Assembly: GCF_006345805.1 (NCBI RefSeq)
Contig: NW_021823809.1
Coordinates: forward strand, 1 to 21,000
Length of the DNA stretch: 21,000 bases
From: Octopus sinensis
Taxonomy: Eukaryota
Direction: 5' to 3'
The translations under genes and the position numbers were made by a program. The notes under the pieces were generated by a model, which did no database searches, was not told the DNA's origin, and saw nothing but the letters and a program-made list of their open reading frames with translations. Positions 19,583 through 21,000 of the stretch are shown in pieces. Numbering within the stretch: the first letter of the stretch is position 1; every line of letters starts with the position of its first letter.

Positions 19583-19903
19583 GGTGCAGGAGTGGTTCCT
19601 TGGGAAGTATCTTCTGCTATAGCCCCGGCCGACCATGCCTTGTGAGGGATTTTGGGAGAATTGGAAACTGAAAAGAAGCCCGTCGTATATTGTATATATA
19701 TATATATATATATATATCTATATGTGTGTGTTGTGTATGTTTGTGAGTCTGTGTTTGTCCCCGTTACTTAGCGTTCGGCAAAAGACCGATAGAATAAGAG
19801 TACTGGGCTTACAATAGAATAAGTCCCGGGGTCGAGTTGCTCGCTTAAAGGCGGTGCTCTAGTATGGCCGCAGTCAATTGACTGAAACAGTAAACAGTAA
19901 AAG
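19583..19903 (+). mobile_element. Family A SINE with most of the tRNA head deleted
   Basis: ggtgcaggagtggt is joined directly to ccttgggaagtatcttctgctatagcc. The rest is colinear with 3488-3899 apart from a second deletion after the internal microsatellite. Confidence 0.85.
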
Positions 19904-19915
19904 ATATATATGTAT

Positions 19916-19974
<59 letters not shown>

Positions 19975-20221
19975 TACAAATATAAGTGCATATATGAGCA
20001 TTTACCCAAAAAACGTCTGCGCATGCACTTGTGAAAAAGCTATGTGGATACCCCCAATTTTTACATTAGCTTAAACGCATATACACAAACACATTTCAAA
20101 AAACGATAATGCATGAATTTTAACACATTTCTTCTTGGAGAATTTAAACGCCTTTCATCAAGCGTTTGTATGATAACGTTAGACCTAGGACTCAGTCACA
20201 ATAATGACAAAGGCGTTATCA

Positions 20222-20280
20222 ACACACCACAACAACAACAACAACAACCGCAACAACAACGACAACGATAACAACACTAA
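20222..20280. repeat. Imperfect (ACA)n microsatellite
   Basis: Direct reading. Confidence 0.9.
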
Positions 20281-20629
20281 CAGACGTGTATATAAGAAAA
20301 CTGTGGAAAGAAAAGCACTGAACGACACGTTGGCAATTTGGCGATAAGAGCGTTATTTGTAAAAAAAAAAAATTGTAATTTTCGGTATCGATATTACTTA
20401 AATGCATTGATGAGGCATATCTTAATGGTAACTTGTGATGTTTCGGGTGTCAGGGGGAAAGGCTGGTGTGTGAGCGGGTGGTTTGGTGGTGTGGTGGTGG
20501 TGGTTGGGTGCTGTGGCGTATGTTTTAGAAAAACACCAGCGAAAATAAGATATTTCAAAGAGGCTGAAACATAACACATATACTCTTTCATGTTTCTATA
20601 GTAAGTGTATGTATATGTATGGGTGTGTC

Positions 20630-20787
20630 TACACCGTTACATATGTATATATATATAATATATATATATATACGTATACACATATACAGAATTATATAAT
20701 ATATTGCCATAGAGACACGTGTGTATAAATATTTATATCTTTCTCTTCTTTACATACGTATATAGATGGCTATATATATATGGTATA

Positions 20788-20828
<41 letters not shown>

Positions 20829-21000
20829 TTTATATATATATACAATATATATTTATATACATATATATATATTATATATATAATGCGTATATGTATATAT
20901 GTATTTATATGTATGTATATATTTGTATGTACTATTCAATATATAGGATATATATATATATATATTGAAATATTTAAACACAAATGCACATACATACGCA
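20630..21000. repeat. Imperfect (TA)n field
   Basis: Direct reading. Confidence 0.9.

Overview
Gene-free, AT- and microsatellite-rich eukaryotic DNA, most likely Octopus (inferred from my recognition of octopod-type tRNA-derived SINEs; no search was run). No intact protein-coding gene is visible; the supplied ORFs are microsatellite or TE artefacts. The TE debris comprises about ten SINE copies or remnants, two mariner (D34D) fragments, an R4/Dong-like RLE-LINE fragment, a probable L1/Tx1-like 3' end and a Helentron-associated (HINE/DINE-like) element. The main result is a set of hammerhead ribozyme (HHR) motifs. (1) A ~7.3-copy tandem array of a ~398-bp unit (16673-19568) carries one minus-strand type I HHR per unit, with a palindromic stem III loop and a possible CAGGG/CCCUG loop-loop pseudoknot. 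This is the architecture of a non-LTR retrozyme that would release ~398-nt monomer or circular RNAs. (2) An unrelated ~206-bp (TA)n-anchored element is present as an inverted pair, with a fully canonical HHR in one copy (6725-6825, minus). (3) Weaker, degenerate HHR-like motifs occur in Penelope-like 3' ends and in a diverged direct repeat. A 51-bp inverted templated insertion also interrupts one SINE. All RNA structures were paired by hand; activity and novelty are untested.
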